From Anthoceros angustus (taxonomy: Eukaryota; Plantae; Anthocerotophyta), in the NCBI GenBank assembly GCA_010909165.1, contig VJWM01000250.1, forward strand, positions 124,001-188,000: DNA of 64,000 nucleotides. The letters are read 5' to 3'. The position numbers and the translations under genes were made by a program. Under the pieces are notes generated by a model. That model was not told the origin of the DNA and made no database searches. It worked only from the letters and a program-made list of their open reading frames with translations. Numbering within the stretch: position 1 is the stretch's first letter; each line of letters opens with the position of its first letter. Positions 1-12,900 of this stretch are shown here, piece after piece.

Positions 1-195
1 CAATCCCTCATTACGGGCTGGTGGAGTTGTCCCGGATACCTACTCGGGACAGAGTCGAGTCCTCAACTTTTCACGACATGCCCCGTTGTACGAGCGACCA
101 ATAACGATAGGCGCATAGCTCATCTAAACTGGCAGGTGGGCGGTGGGGAGAGCAGAGGACTGATTTTAGCAACACTTGTGGTGGGACAGGTGGAG

Positions 196-360
196 TATAC
201 TCGAGACAATCCCAGCCCCGGTCCTAGCCATACTCGGGATAGTCCCAGTCCTAATCTTGGCCATACTCGGGACAGTCCCTGTCTTGGTCTTGGCCATACT
301 CGGGACAGTCCCAGTCCCGGTCCTGGTCATACTCGGGATAGTCTCAGTCCCAGCGTAGGA
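196..360. repeat. 33-bp tandem repeat (5 units, CATACTCGGGA[T/C]AGTCCC core) in the sequence that hosts the copia insertion
   Basis: Units start at 196, 229, 262, 295 and 328. A degraded copy lies at ~5203-5340, and a single core recurs at ~16952-16968. Confidence 0.9.
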
Positions 361-389
361 GGCTACTCGGAGCACCAGCAGGCCCAATA

Positions 390-615
390 TATTAAGATAT
401 ATGTGCTGGAATAATGATTAGGGCTTTGGTAGTTAAGTTAAGTTAAATACCTACACACCGGTTCATTAGGGTTACGACGTTTGGATAGCATCGTTTCATA
501 AGCGGTACATTGTTTAAAACAGTTCTTTTATGAACATATATACACACATATATCAAGAAAATGTAGTTCAATCAATTTATATTAAAACATTCGCATATTT
601 TCAATTATATTGAAA
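390..615 (+). repeat. Ty1/copia LTR (5' LTR of the duplicated copy)
   Basis: Matches 5368-5593 and 16332-16558. It is followed directly by the PBS. Confidence 0.92.
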
Positions 616-626
616 TGGTATCGAGC
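616..626 (+). promoter_or_regulatory. Primer-binding site, tRNA-iMet type
   Basis: TGGTATCGAGC vs canonical TGGTATCAGAGC (one base missing; the same at 5594-5604). Confidence 0.85.
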
Positions 627-718
627 AATATGCAGATTTAATTGTTTGCTATTTACATTGAGAAATGCATTGAAAAGATGCATTTACATATAGTTTTATA
701 GTTCTTGATTTAGATAAT

Positions 719-1495
719 GTATGCTTTATCAAGAAGATAAAAGCAGAAAAAGAAGACAAGTTTATGTTGTTTTATTTTTCTATAGATTTTGAATACAATT
801 CTTGGCACATAAGGCGGTAATTCTTGTGCACTTTTCACGATTTGCTATTCAAGCAAATTCGGAAGAAATGCTCAAGGACAACTACCTAATGCAAGAAGCG
901 TATTAATATAATTATAGAAAAGATAATGTTTAAAGAAAGCATTTAACAACATACAACTTGGTCGATGAATGGCTAATCGCCTCGATGGGCCTCGCCTGCA
1001 GAGAGAGAATTCAAAATCAAAATCTCTACAGAGGCAAGAAGCTAGAAATAATAGCGAGCAACTTCATCAACAAGTTCTTGAATGGATTGCTCATGCACAA
1101 AATCAACTGCTTTCTCTGGAAGTAAGAGAATCGTTTAATACCTTGATTGAAGTTCTCTTTCCGGATCGGTATTACTTGTTCTCCCACCGAGGAATCCAGA
1201 TAATCTACCTGAGGTGCGTGTTCAAAGAGCCTTTGATGGTAATGGTATACAAAGAGGTTTTCTTACAACACATGTTGCACCTGCCACAAGTGTCACTCAA
1301 TTAGTAAACAGAATTGAGGCACATCAATAACATGTAGATACTCGTTTCAGTAGTATACTACAAAATGTCTCAGCAACTAGTGTAGATGTTAGAGACTTGC
1401 AGGAACAGATATCACATCTGGATTTCAAACTTCTTACCTTGTTGAAGCATGTTTTACTCGCTAATCTCAGAGGAGAAGTAGCTCAAGCACGCTAA
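719..1495 (+). pseudogene. Extra 5' ORF of the copia element (unknown protein, C-terminal coiled coil), frameshifted
   Basis: Joined frames read ...NNSEQLHQQVLEWIAHAQNQLL...VLPPRNPDNLPEVRVQRAFDGNGIQRGFLTTHVAPATSVTQLVNRIEAHQ*HVDTRFSSILQNVSATSVDVRDLQEQISHLDFKLLTLLKHVLL...AQAR*. It lies between the PBS and gag. The start position is approximate. Confidence 0.55.
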
Positions 1496-1769
1496 GAAAA
1501 CAAGTAAGAAACACATGTTTGGTGTTCCAAACTCATGCCCTTCCTCGCGGTATGCATTCAATAAGTGGGAAATAAGAAATCATGTAATAGTAAATGCACT
1601 AAGAGAACAAGAGTCTGCAGGAGACATACCTGCTAATGCTGTCAATATCCTCTGACCTTGCTGACCTAATAGCATGTGTCTGAAGTCCTGATATATTAAA
1701 CCCCTGCTACAGCCACTTTAGAATCTTAGTGTCTTGGGAGTAGCTAACCCAAAACACAAAGGAATAAAG

Positions 1770-3918
1770 ATGGCTGATCCCTCATCTAGTTTGGGTGGGG
1801 AAGGGTTTAGGGAAAAAGATAGGTTTGGTGGGCAGGATTACGACATATGGGTAATCCGCATGAAGGGAGCCTTACAGAATAAGAAACTCTGGAAGGTGGT
1901 TATTGGGGAAGAGAGCTCCCTAGTAGTCTCAACTCCGCCCACAACAGCTGAAAATAGATTACAGGAAACATGGGATGCCAAAGATCAAGCAGCCATGTTC
2001 CTCATCCGAGTGGTCTTACCTCGGAGATCTTTGAGATGACATCCGGATGTACAACTTCAGCAGATATCCGTTCGACAGGACTTGTATGCGCAATCGGACA
2101 AGTCGATGATGACCTTTAAATTTACAACTTTGCAAGATGAAAGATGGTGAATCAATAGAGAAACACCTTGGACACTTGAACTCTTGTTTCAAAGCTGGAA
2201 AGTGCATCAAATGAGGTTATCAAGGATGATATGCTTGCCCTTTACTTCCTCATATCACTTCCGGAATCTCGGTCACATTTGTGACCTCCTTTAATGCTTC
2301 TAAGCTCCAAAGCGAAAAGTTGGCAAAGGCTTCAAATGTGACCTGCCGAAACCACATTTACGTAATTAGTTGGAGCACTATTGCAAGAGGAAGCAACAAG
2401 ACAATCTCATAGGAGAAGGCAAGCAACAAGCACTCTACTCGTCCAACAGAGGACGTGGTGGAGAAGACCCTACAGTTTTAGAGGTAGCTCTTCTAGGGTG
2501 GTGGCTCACAAGGACGAGAGCTAACCAAGGAAAACCAAAAGGGCAGAACGTGCAATCCGGTGTAAGTTACGGTCATTGGGAACGGAGTGTCGGAAAAGCG
2601 TGCGGTGTTCCTCGCAAGGAGGGTTCATCTAATCTTTGAAACTCACGTGGTTGTGAAGAAACAACCGACCCCTTGACCCTCACTGTGGGTACAATCAGTA
2701 TTTGCAACAAGTTCATTCTTGTATCTGCTAGCACAAGAAATACAAAGATTAGACTGTGTTAGATTGGTATCTAGACACGGGGTTGACCACATCTGTTTGA
2801 TAAAGGATCATTCAAAACATATAAAACATTTAAGGATCGTGATGTGTACCTAGGTGATGATAGATCCCTAGTGTCTCTCGTGGCACAATAGACCGCCAGT
2901 TCCATCAGGGCATGTGTTAACAGTATATGATGTCTACTATGTTCCAGACATGACTCGGAATTTGATTTCAGTCAGAAAGCTCAATGCTGACAATCATTGT
3001 CACATTCTATTTACACATGCAGAATGTCAAGTACTGGATGCATTTAATCACAATAAAGTACTTGCCTATGGGTCATCAGACAGAGATTTGTTTCGTCTCC
3101 ATACAGACAGTAGTGTACCAACTTCCAATCTAACACAAGATGCCAATACTGTATCTGCACAACAGACAGAAAAAGTTAAGTTGTGGCATAAGCGATTAGG
3201 TCATCCACATTCAGCAAAACTTCAGAAACTTGCTGTTAGTAATCTTTACCAGGATGGGCCTATAGGGCAGTTGGCATCACTTCCCCTGTGTGAGTCTTGT
3301 GTTTTCTCAAAGAGGCATCAAGAAGCCTTCAGAAATAAGGCTCCACATAGAGCCTCTGAGGTTCTAGAACTAGTACACAGATCCGTGTGGACCTTTATCT
3401 CAAGAATCCATAGGAGGTGGTAGATACTTCCTAACTTTTCGATGATAAGACAAGGTTTGTCACCACCTACATATTGAAGCGAGAAAGTGAGTGTTCACCA
3501 CTTGAGAATACATCATGAAAGATGGTGGAAAACAACTCAAAACTTTAAGATCAACGGGGAGAATTTACCTCAATGAATTTCGGGCTTCTTGTTTAGGGAA
3601 TTGGTCGCCGGTGACGATGGTTTACACTCCTCGAAACGGAGTTGTTGGCGCCTTAATCTTACTCGCAAGAAATGACATCTTCTTTGTTATATCAAGCACA
3701 ACTTCCATTGCCATATCAAGTGGTTATAATGACCGTGAACTTATCTTAAGAACCGGTTGCCAACTACTTACATCATAGGCGACCCCTTTGAAGCCTTCAC
3801 AAGGCGAAGCCTTCTATTCTTCACTTGCACATTTGGATGTGTTGCATATGCTTTTATACCTAAAGAGAAAAGGCAAAAGCTGTTTGATAAGGCCAGAAAG
3901 CTACTTATGTTAGGCTAC
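1770..3918 (+). pseudogene. gag-pol: Ty1/copia gag-protease-integrase (duplicated, truncated copy)
   Basis: RFGGQDYDIWVIRMKGAL (copia gag N-terminus), DWYLDTG (protease, ~2764), VYYVPDMTRNLISV, LWHKRLGH, FGCVAYAFIPKEKRQKL. Confidence 0.93.
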
Positions 3919-4106
3919 TGTGGCGCGACTTTTGCTGACGGCCAGCCGGGCGCGCACAATCCCGTGTCGTTGTAGGAAGGAGTTCGTTCCCAAGGGAATG
4001 ATTTCGCTTGCAGCGCCAGCGATTCTCGCCTTATTTACTTAAACGACACACCCTTAGTTCACGCCTAACTACTGCGACAAACACCGCACAGCCGGTATGG
4101 CTAAAC
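3919..4106 (-). repeat. 3' terminal fragment of gypsy LTR family D, inserted in copia integrase
   Basis: GCTAC|TGTGGCGCGACT junction. Identical in position to the junction at 8791. Confidence 0.85.
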
Positions 4107-4160
4107 TAGGAGCTTAGCTCTCTCTTCTCGATCGCCTCCTCAACAACTCTCTTCTAGCAC

Positions 4161-4319
4161 GCTCACTCTAAGCTCCCAAAGCACTGGGGCACCTCCTATC
4201 CTCACAAGAGTGTAGCCCTAAGTGCTAGGATCCTCCTAGACATGCTCACACTCTAGGCTCCCAAAGCACAGGGCACCTCAATCCCATCCGCACGCAGTGT
4301 AGCTCTAAATGCTAGGATC
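4161..4319. repeat. ~83-bp tandem dimer
   Basis: GCTCA(CA)CTCTA[A/G]GCTCCCAAAGCAC...GTGTAGC.CTAA.TGCTAGGATC occurs at 4161 and 4244. Confidence 0.85.
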
Positions 4320-5367
4320 ATAGGGATGATCATCTCTAGGGCTAGTCTCATCTCCTTTATAGGGAGGCTTATATCATTCCCAAAGTAACCGCCTAAAGCA
4401 CCTATCTTCCTTCAGCCCCAAGCTAAGCCTTACTACCACTACTTACAACTTACTAAACTAGATCCGTGGCTGCATGCCTCTCATGCAAGGCTTCTTACTT
4501 TCTCCCAGTGGGAAAAGAATCACGCCTTAGTGATAGTCAACGTAAATGGCGAAGTGGAGACAACCGATCTTCCTCTTGCTATTTACAATCCTCAATAGCT
4601 GCAAGCGAATGATGACATCATCCTTCCCAGGACCGAAAGATAGGATTCACAAAACTAGCTAGAATGATATACCCTTGCTAGGTGTAGGAGGCTGTTTAGA
4701 TGTAAGGGCGCGCACAAGTTTGCGCACCAATTTTGTGTCCAATTTCAAAGAAAAAGCCGAATAAGAATGGGACTTCAGGTTTGTCCCACGTACTTGCAAT
4801 CTACAATCTCAAAAACCGTTTATTGGAATAATTTTTAAAAAGCTTGCGGTTGACATGTCTGCAGAGAAATACCAAAAAGTGTGATTATAGCCGATTTTTC
4901 ATGTGGGCAGTCTCCGTTTCTAGCCATGGGATATGGAAGTCCACCTGGATCGCTGGTCCCAACCATGGGACATGACACAACCGGGATTGCGGACGCCCCC
5001 CATGGGACATGGCAATCCCTCACAATTAGACCGGTGGAGTTGTCCCAGACCTACCGGGACACCGGGAGTCCCAATCCTCAACTTTTCACGACATGCCCTC
5101 AAGCCAAAACAGTAGGTATAGCTCATCTAGGCTCAACAAACTGGGGAGGGGGGGGAACAGAGGACTGATTTTTAGCAACACTTGTGGTGGGACAGGTGGA
5201 GTATACTCGAGACAATCCCAGCCCCGGTCCTAGCCATACTCGGGATAGTCCCAGTCCTAATCTTGGCCATACTCGGATCCTGTCTTGGTCTTAGCCATAC
5301 TGGATCCAGTCCTCCCGGTCATACTGGATAGTCTCCGTAGAGGCTACTCGAGCACCAGAGCCCAATA

Positions 5368-5593
5368 TATTAAGATATATGTGCTGGAATAATGATTAGG
5401 GCTTTGGTAGTTAAGTTAAGTTAAATACCTACACACCGGTTCATTAGGGTTCTGACGTTTGGATAGCATCGTTTCAAGCTAAGCTGTTGTTTAAAACTTG
5501 AGTTCTTTTATGAACATATATACACACATATATAGAAAATGTAGTTCAATCAATTTATATTAAAACATTCGCATATTTTCAATTATATTGAAA
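5368..5593 (+). repeat. Copia 5' LTR
   Basis: TATTAAGATATATGTGCTGG...TATTGAAA, followed by TGGTATCGAGC. Confidence 0.92.
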
Positions 5594-5697
5594 TGGTATC
5601 GAGCAATATGCAGTTAATTGTTTGCTATTTACATTGAGAAATGCATTGAAAAGATGCATTTACATATAGTTTTTATAGTTCTTGATTTAGATAATGT

Positions 5698-6450
5698 ATG
5701 CTTTATCAAGAAGATAAAAACAGAAAACAAGAAGACAAGTTTATGTTGTTTTATTTTTCTATAGATTTTGAATACAATTCTTGGCACATAAGGCGTAATT
5801 TTGTGCACTTTTCGATTTGCTATTCAAGCAAATTCGGAAGAAATGCTCAAGGACAACTACCTAATCTAAGAAACGTTAATATAATTATAGAAAAGATAAT
5901 GTCTAAAGAAAGCATTTAACAACATACAAACTTGGTCCGATGAATGGCTAATCGATGGGCGCCGGAGCCTCACCGCAGAGAATTCAAAATCAAAATCTCT
6001 ACAGAGGCAAGAAGAGAAATAATAGCGAGCAACTTCATCAACAAGTTCTTGAATGGATTGCTCATGCACAAAATCAACGTGCTTTCTGGAAGTAAGAGAA
6101 TCGTTTAATACCTTGATTGAAGTTCTCTTTCGGATCGGCCATTTGGTACTTGTTCTCCCACCGAGGAATCCGGATAATCTACGTGCGTGTTCAAAGAGCC
6201 TTTGATGGTAATGGTATACAAAGAGGTTTTCTAACAACACATGTTGCACCGCCACAAGTGTTACTCAATTAGTAAATGTAATTGAGGCACATCAAACATG
6301 TAGATACTCGTTTTAGTATACTACAAAGGTCTCAAGAACTAGTGTAGATGTTAGAGACTTGCGAAGATATCACATCCGGATTTCAAACTTTTACCTTGTT
6401 GAAGCTGTTTTACTCGCTAATCAGAGCATGAGAAGTAGCCTGTAAGCACG
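5698..6450 (+). pseudogene. Extra 5' ORF of the copia element (second copy)
   Basis: Collinear with 719-1495 but with different small deletions. Confidence 0.5.
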
Positions 6451-6712
6451 CTAAGAAAACAAGTAAGAAACACATGTTTGGTGTTCCAAACTCATGCCCT
6501 TCCCCTCGTGTATGCATTCAATAAGTGGGAAATAAGAAATCAGAATAGTAAATGCTAAGAGAACAAGAGTGCAGGAGACATACCGCTAATGTCAATATCC
6601 TCTCGACCTTGGACCTAATAGCATGTGTCTAAGTCACGATATATTAAACCCCTCTGACCACTTTAGATCTTAGTGTCTTGGGAGTAGCTAACCCAAAACA
6701 CAAAGGAATAAA

Positions 6713-8790
6713 GATGGTGATCCTCATCTAGTTTGGGTGGGGAAGGGTTTAGGGAAAAGATAGGTTTGGTGGGCGGATTACGACATATGGGTAATCCGCA
6801 TGAAGGAGCCTTAATAAGAAACTCGGAAGGTGGTTATTGGGGAAGAGAGCCCCTAGTAGTCTCAACTCCGCCACAACAAATAGATTACAGGAAACATGGG
6901 ATGCCAAAGATCACCCATGTTCCTCATCCCGAGTGGTCTTACCTCGGAGATCTTTGCCGAGACATCCGGATGTACAACTTCGCAGAATCCGTTCGGACTT
7001 GAGATTGTATGTGCAGAATCGACAAGTCGGATGACCTTGCGAAATTTACAACTTTGCAAGATGAAAGATGGTGAATCAATAGAGAAACACCTTGGACACT
7101 TGAACTCTTGTTTCAAAGGAAAGTGCATCAAATGAGGTTATCAAGGATGATATGCTTGCCCCTTTACTTCCTCATATCACTTCGAATCTGGTCACATTTT
7201 GTGACCTCCTTTAATGCTTCTAAGCTCCAAACTGAAAAGTTGGCAAAGGCTTCAAATGTGACCGCCAGAAACCACATTTACAGAATTAGTTGGAGCACTA
7301 TTGCAAGAAGAAGCAACAAGACAATCTCATAGGAGAAGGCAAGCAAGCACTCTATACGTCCAATGAGGACGTGGTGGAGGAAGACCCTACAGCTTTTAGA
7401 GGTAGCTCTTCTAGGGGTGGTGGCTCACAAGGACGAGGAGCTAACCAAGGAAAACCAAAAAGGAGAACAAATCGTGTAAGTTACGGTCATTGGGAACGGA
7501 GTGTCGAAAAGGTGGTGTTCCTCGCAGGATTCATCTAGTTGAAACTCACGTGGTTGTGAAGAAACAACCGACCTTGACCCCTCACGTGGGTACAACTGTA
7601 TTTGCAACAAGTTCATTCTTGTATCTTGCTAGCTCCAAAGAATACAAAGATTAGACTGTTAGATTGGTATCTAGACAGGGCGACACATCTTTTGATAAAG
7701 GATCATTCAAAACATATAAAACATTTAAGGATCGATATGTGTACCTATGATGATCCCTAGTGTCTCCTCGGTCGTGGCACAATAGACTGCCGTTCCATCG
7801 CATGTGTTAACATTATATGATGTCTACTATGTTCCGGACATGACTCGAATTTGATTTCGACAAAAGCTCAATCTTGACAATCATTGTCACATTTATTTAC
7901 ATGCGTAATGTCAATCTTGGATGCATTTAATCACAATAAAGTACTTGCCTATGGGTCATCGAGAGATTTGTTTCGTCTCCATACGATGAGTGTACCAACT
8001 TCAATCTAACACAAGATGCCACATCAGACCGCACAATGCATGAAAAAAGTTAAGTTGTGGCATAAGCGATTAGGTCATCCACATTCAGCAAAACTTCAGA
8101 AACTTGCTGTTAGTAATCTTTACCAGGATGGGCCTATAGGGCAGTTGGCATCACTTCCCTTGTGTGAGTCTTGTGTTTTCTCAAAGAGGCATCAAGAAGC
8201 CTTCAGAAATAAGGCTCCACATAGAGCCTCTGAGGTTCTAGAACTAGTACACACAGATCTGTGTGGACCTTTATCTCAAGAATCCATAGGAGGTGGTAGA
8301 TACTTCCTAACTTTTACCGATGATAAGACAAGGTTTGTCACCACCTACATATTGAAGCGAAGGTGAGTGTTTCCACTTTAGAATACATCAAGTATGCTGA
8401 AAGATGGAGGAAAACAACTCAAAACTTTAAGATCGACAACGGGGAGAATTTACCTCCAATGAATTTCAGCTTCTTGTTGAGGGAATTGGTCCGGTGACGA
8501 GTTTACACTCCTCGAAAACGGAGTTGTTGAGCGCCTTAATCTTACTCGCAAGAAATGACATCTTCTTTGTTATATCAAGCACAACTTCCATTGCCATCGT
8601 GCTATAATGACCAACTTATCTTAAAACCGGCCAACTACTTATCATAGGCGACCCCTTTGAAGCCTTCACATGAAGCCTTCTATTCTTCACTTGCGCACAT
8701 TTGGATGTGTTGCATATGCTTTTATACCTAAAGAGAAAAAGGCAAAAAAGTCGCTTTGATAAGGCCGTAAAGCTACTTATGTTAGGGCTC
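6713..8790 (+). pseudogene. gag-pol: Copia gag-protease-integrase, N-terminal part
   Basis: LWHKRLGH...ELVHTDLCGP...GGGRYFLTFTDDKTRF (ORF 8016-8366). It stops at MLG(Y), where the gypsy LTR inserts. Confidence 0.93.
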
Positions 8791-9363
8791 GTGGCGCGAC
8801 TTTTGGCCGACCAGCGCGCACAATCCGTGTCGTTGTAGGAAGGAGTTCGCTCCCTGGGAATGAGAGCTTGCGCTGCTTTCAGCGATTCTCGCCTTACTTT
8901 ACGCGCTCACCCAACGCACACAATTTTAGTTCACGCCTAACTACTCATACAAACACCGTGACAGCCGGTATGGCTAAACGCTTTAAGGACCTGTCAAGGC
9001 CCGCTTGCCTCCTGCTCGCCTCACACCTCTGGCCCACTCCTCTCCACTCACACTACACTTATCGCCTTAAGAAAAGACGCTGGTTACCCGACCTCCTCCG
9101 CTATTCCACTGGCCTCTCGTCCGGGCGCCAGACGCCTCAAGTCCCTCCGGCTCACACGCCCGTCCGCTCGGGCCGCGGCTCGACGAGCACGGGTCCCCGC
9201 CCTTCTCGCACACCACAACACGTTAGGTCCGGCCACCAGACCGATCGATCCTCTCCGAGTCGCCGTGCTCGCTGACTCAGACTCACGTTATCAAGAAGAC
9301 ACACAAGGTCCGTAAGAACGCTGCATCAACACCAAGGAAAAGATGATTTTATGTGGCAGCCCT

Positions 9364-9372
9364 CTCTTATAC
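9364..9372 (-). promoter_or_regulatory. Putative LTR TATA box GTATAAGAG (family D)
   Basis: The same 9-mer occupies an equivalent position in LTRs A1 (25811, 60938), A2 (40146, 49121) and C (29864-29872, minus). Confidence 0.6.
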
Positions 9373-9426
9373 TACGCCTGTCGGCGCCTTTATTACACCC
9401 CTATTCGAGACGGCCACCAAGATGCC

Positions 9427-12400
9427 CTAATCGCCGCCTACCATCCTATTTCCCCTATCTCCTTCACGGCTGGAAGGTCCCGGTTCCGCCTTGGGATTGG
9501 TGGTCCAATCTCCGCCGACAATTGCGCACCCAATCGGATGATCCGCGAGGCGGACCCTCCTTTCTCCCGAATCCGCCGTTATACGGCGGCGGCCGACCGC
9601 CGCTACACAACGCCATCCTCCTCGGCCTTCCTGGTCCCTCCTGGGGCCACCGCCACCGCCCCTAGCGTAAGTCGGGGGGCTCATCGCCGGAGTCCGACCT
9701 CGAGGTCCGGTCGACCCCGAGCTGAACCCAAGGGTCCATTTCCCGAGTCCGACCGGGTCCGCCTGCTCGGGTTCGACCTCGTGGTCCGAGATTACCGGGG
9801 TCCGATCCCCAAGCTCCGACCCTTCCTGGACCTCAGATCGCTAGGTCCTCCTCCTTACCCCCGACCCTTGTCTTGGTCTTGGCTCCCCCACAGCCCCCGC
9901 AGCCCATCACCCCCTCACCGGATCGGGTGGTGGTGAACTTACCTTGGGGTCCGCCAAGGCCCCGCCTCCTCTTGGGCTCCTCTCCTTCTGCTGCCTCCAA
10001 ACAGGGCCCCTAGGGTCCCTGTGGCCGCCCCTGCCCTTCTTCCCTCCGAGCCTGGGTCCGCCTATGGGGCCGGCCGAGAGGCCTCACCGCCTGTGGAGCT
10101 GGTGGTAATAGGCAAAGTCCGAATCCACTTGCCGGATTGCTCTTCCACGTGCCCGAGCACCCCCTTCGCCATAGGTGCTCCGGAGCCGAGCCTGCTGCTC
10201 GCTTGTTGCTCCACCTCCCCGCCAAGTTTGATAGCCGGAGCCGGCCGCCGCGAGGTCGCTGTGGCCGGCCACCTCCGCAGCCGCCGCCGTTGCTCCACTT
10301 GCTCCAACTCCCTCCGCCTGCTCCGCCACTTGCCCGCCATAACGCAGCCCCTTCCGACTTCCTCACCGACCAGCAGCTTTGTCTGCTTCCCGCCTCTTGT
10401 CCATTCTCGTCTAACTCCGCCATCTCCCGCCCAGACGGCCGGCAACACTGCCAGATCATGGGCTTCACCAGTGCCTTTCTCCATCTCGGCGACGCCCCGC
10501 CTCCCTGCTCCATCGCCATCGACTGGCCCCGCCAATGAGCCGGAGCCGCTTTATTTCCGCTGCTCACGACCATGTCCCGACTACCATTCCTCTCAATGAT
10601 AGTTTGAGTCAGCCCAAAGTCTCCTTGCGGTCCTCCATCTCCGCCGCTGCTCCACCTCCCGGAGCCGAGTCCGAGATCCTCCATCTGTCGAACTTCTTGG
10701 CCTGCTGGTCCGCGGCTTGCCCACCTCGCCCATCTTCGTGCAGCCGGAGGCGCCTATCTCCGTCAAGTCCCGGATTCTCCCATTGAGAATTCCTTGTCGC
10801 CTCCGACGCTGCCTTGGAGTTGTAACCCAAGGTGTCCTCGCCCCTCCAACTCCGCCGCCTTCTACCTCTCTGTACTGCGCCGAGGTCCCCGATGGCCGGC
10901 CTCCAGCCAGACGGCCGTCTGCTTGTTCCGCCACCGGGCCTTCGGGGCTGTGGCCTCCCTCCACCGGCTCACCGGCAGTGATCGCGATCGGCCGCCGTGG
11001 CCTCCGCCTCCTTGGCCACCTTCACCGAGCCTCCAGCCTTGGCTCGTCCGCCGGGCCTCCGCCTGTGTCCCGCCTGCTCGCTGCGCCCGGCGCCCGCCTC
11101 GCCGCCACGCCTCCGCCCGCAGGTCCTCCCCGCTTGGGCCTCCTTGGTCGCTCACTGCCTCCGCCTGAAGGAATTTGGTCCGGCCTGCGGATGGACCAGA
11201 CCTCCTCCGCCTCCCGGCTTTCCTCAATCCGGCCGAGCTGCCTTCCTTCGCCTCCGGCTCCTCCAACCGCCTCCCCGGAGGAGTACCATGCGCCCGGTGG
11301 CTTCTACCTCCGGGTCTTCGGCCATCCCGCAGACCCAGCATACCGTCCATGACGGCTGACCCGCCGTGTTTCTTCCACGGCCGCCGTGAGGCTCCCACAA
11401 AGTCCGTGAGTGAGCTGATCTCACGGTCCGCCAAGGACCTCCATACACTGTCGAGTAAGTCCTGACTGGGTTCTCCGGACCTAATCAGACCCTTAGGTCC
11501 CGAGGCCGAGCCCCGAGCTTCCTCCTTGGCCCTTTGGCCGCGAGCTCCTTCTCCGCCTTTTCTCCCTCTGGAGGAGGTGAGGGAGTCCGGAGCAAGCCTT
11601 TTGCCCCTTCCGCCGGGCGATGACTGCCCGGTGCGGGCTGCTGCTGTCCTCCCCGCCTCGGGCCGCCCCTTTCTCGCCTCCCATCGCTTCCTCCGCTTGC
11701 CACCCGCGGGGGGGTACTGCACCGACCGAGGTGCCGCTAGCCGTGGGTCTTGCGCCTCTTCGGCTCCCTCCTCGTCCGGGCTCCTCACCGAGTGGTGGCC
11801 GTGGCGGGGCCGGCTGCGCCGCTGGATCGGCCGCCTCGTTGGGGCACTGGAGGAGGGAAGGCGGAATTTCTTCCCATACTGGGTGGTGAGGGGGTCCGCC
11901 TGCACGATGGAGTCCGGAATCCTCCCGCCCTCCTCGAGTCCGCTTGGCTTTCACGATCGGCCTCCTCCTCCCCTTGCCCGCCTCCACTTCCCAGTGGCCT
12001 TTCCGAGCGCCAAGCTCTCTTCCTTGAGGAGTTCAAATGCCCCCATACATGGATCGTATGGGGATGCATGGCGAAGGCTTCTCCCGAGCTTGAGCCTCCT
12101 GCTAAACCGGGCGAAAATAATCCTTCCCCAGCCCGCCTTCGGCCGCACAGCATGTGAATACTATCAGATTATCACCAAGGTGATCCACCTTGGTGAGTAG
12201 GTTCCAGTGGACAATGATCCGGCCACCGCCTTACTCGACCGTCCAACAGTCGGATATCACCAATCACAGGTCCGCCGGCCCCTGTGCCTCAAAGATCGCC
12301 GTGGTCGGCCCTATCTTCCTTCGCCTTGAGGGGCCCGCACCACCCCTTCCTCCTTTGGGCGGTTGTAGGCCGCCTCAGACCTCCAAGGTCCATCGCCTTG

Positions 12401-12900
12401 GTCCTCCCGGAGGTTCTTGGACCGCACCTCCTTATTGACCGCCAAAGATTTTCCTCGAACTCCCGACCAGAGTGACACTATCAATGTCCGCACCATCCGA
12501 ACACATCCAAATGCCACTCCCGCACCACCTCCCCGCCTCGGAGCCAGTGGCCCAAAGTCCGGATAGCCCGAGTCACAATGTTGCGCCCACAAGGTTCCAT
12601 GGCTCCCAAACTTCCTGGTTTTTGGGTGCCATCGCCTCCTCCTTGCCAGAGCCGCTTGTCGAGACCGCACGCGGCGCCGCTGTCACGCCCGACCTCAACG
12701 TGAGCCGCCAAGACGCGAGTGTCCCACGAGATACCGCCAGAGAGCCGGATCATGGAGCGCAAGAGATCGCGAATTGTCTCGAGGTCAAACAATGACCTTC
12801 CCTTCGCCGCCTCGGAGTAACCGGGCGGGAGGGCGCCCCGTCGTCTGAATCGCCAGAGGTCCGCATGGCTTATTCGACCTTACGCCTCGCTTACTCGCCT
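9427..12900 (-). pseudogene. LTR-embedded accessory ORF, family D
   Basis: Fragments include DLLRSMIRLSGGISWDTRVL and AGWGRIIFARF...HASPY. The 12190-12260 region is homologous to 62660-62780 (KIIVHWNMLTKVDRLGDNLLVFLHTLLRGKRA). Boundaries are approximate. Confidence 0.6.

Larger units (their letters stand above)
1..4106 (+). repeat. Direct duplicate of ~5012-8978 (host flank, copia 5' half and first ~190 bp of the nested gypsy LTR)
   Basis: CAATCCCTC at 1 matches 5012. Both copies share the CAATA/LTR junction and the integrase/TGTGGCGCGAC junction. Similarity stops after GGTATGGCTAAAC (4106 vs ~8978). Confidence 0.9.

Noticed and set aside
196-360. 33-bp repeats as a CRISPR array
   Set aside because: The units are contiguous with no unique spacers, there are no cas genes, and the context is eukaryotic TE.
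5866-6255. 129-aa minus-strand ORF as the real extra gene upstream of copia gag
   Set aside because: The equivalent frame is broken in the other copy, and the plus-strand reading gives a longer coherent protein with a coiled coil. The strand assignment remains tentative.
9343-12800. Many overlapping long Pro/Arg/Ser/Gly-rich ORFs on both strands (also 19756-20970, 28751-29605, 62378-63980)
   Set aside because: These are stop-poor shadow frames of GC-rich LTR DNA or antisense to the embedded ORF. They are not called as separate genes.
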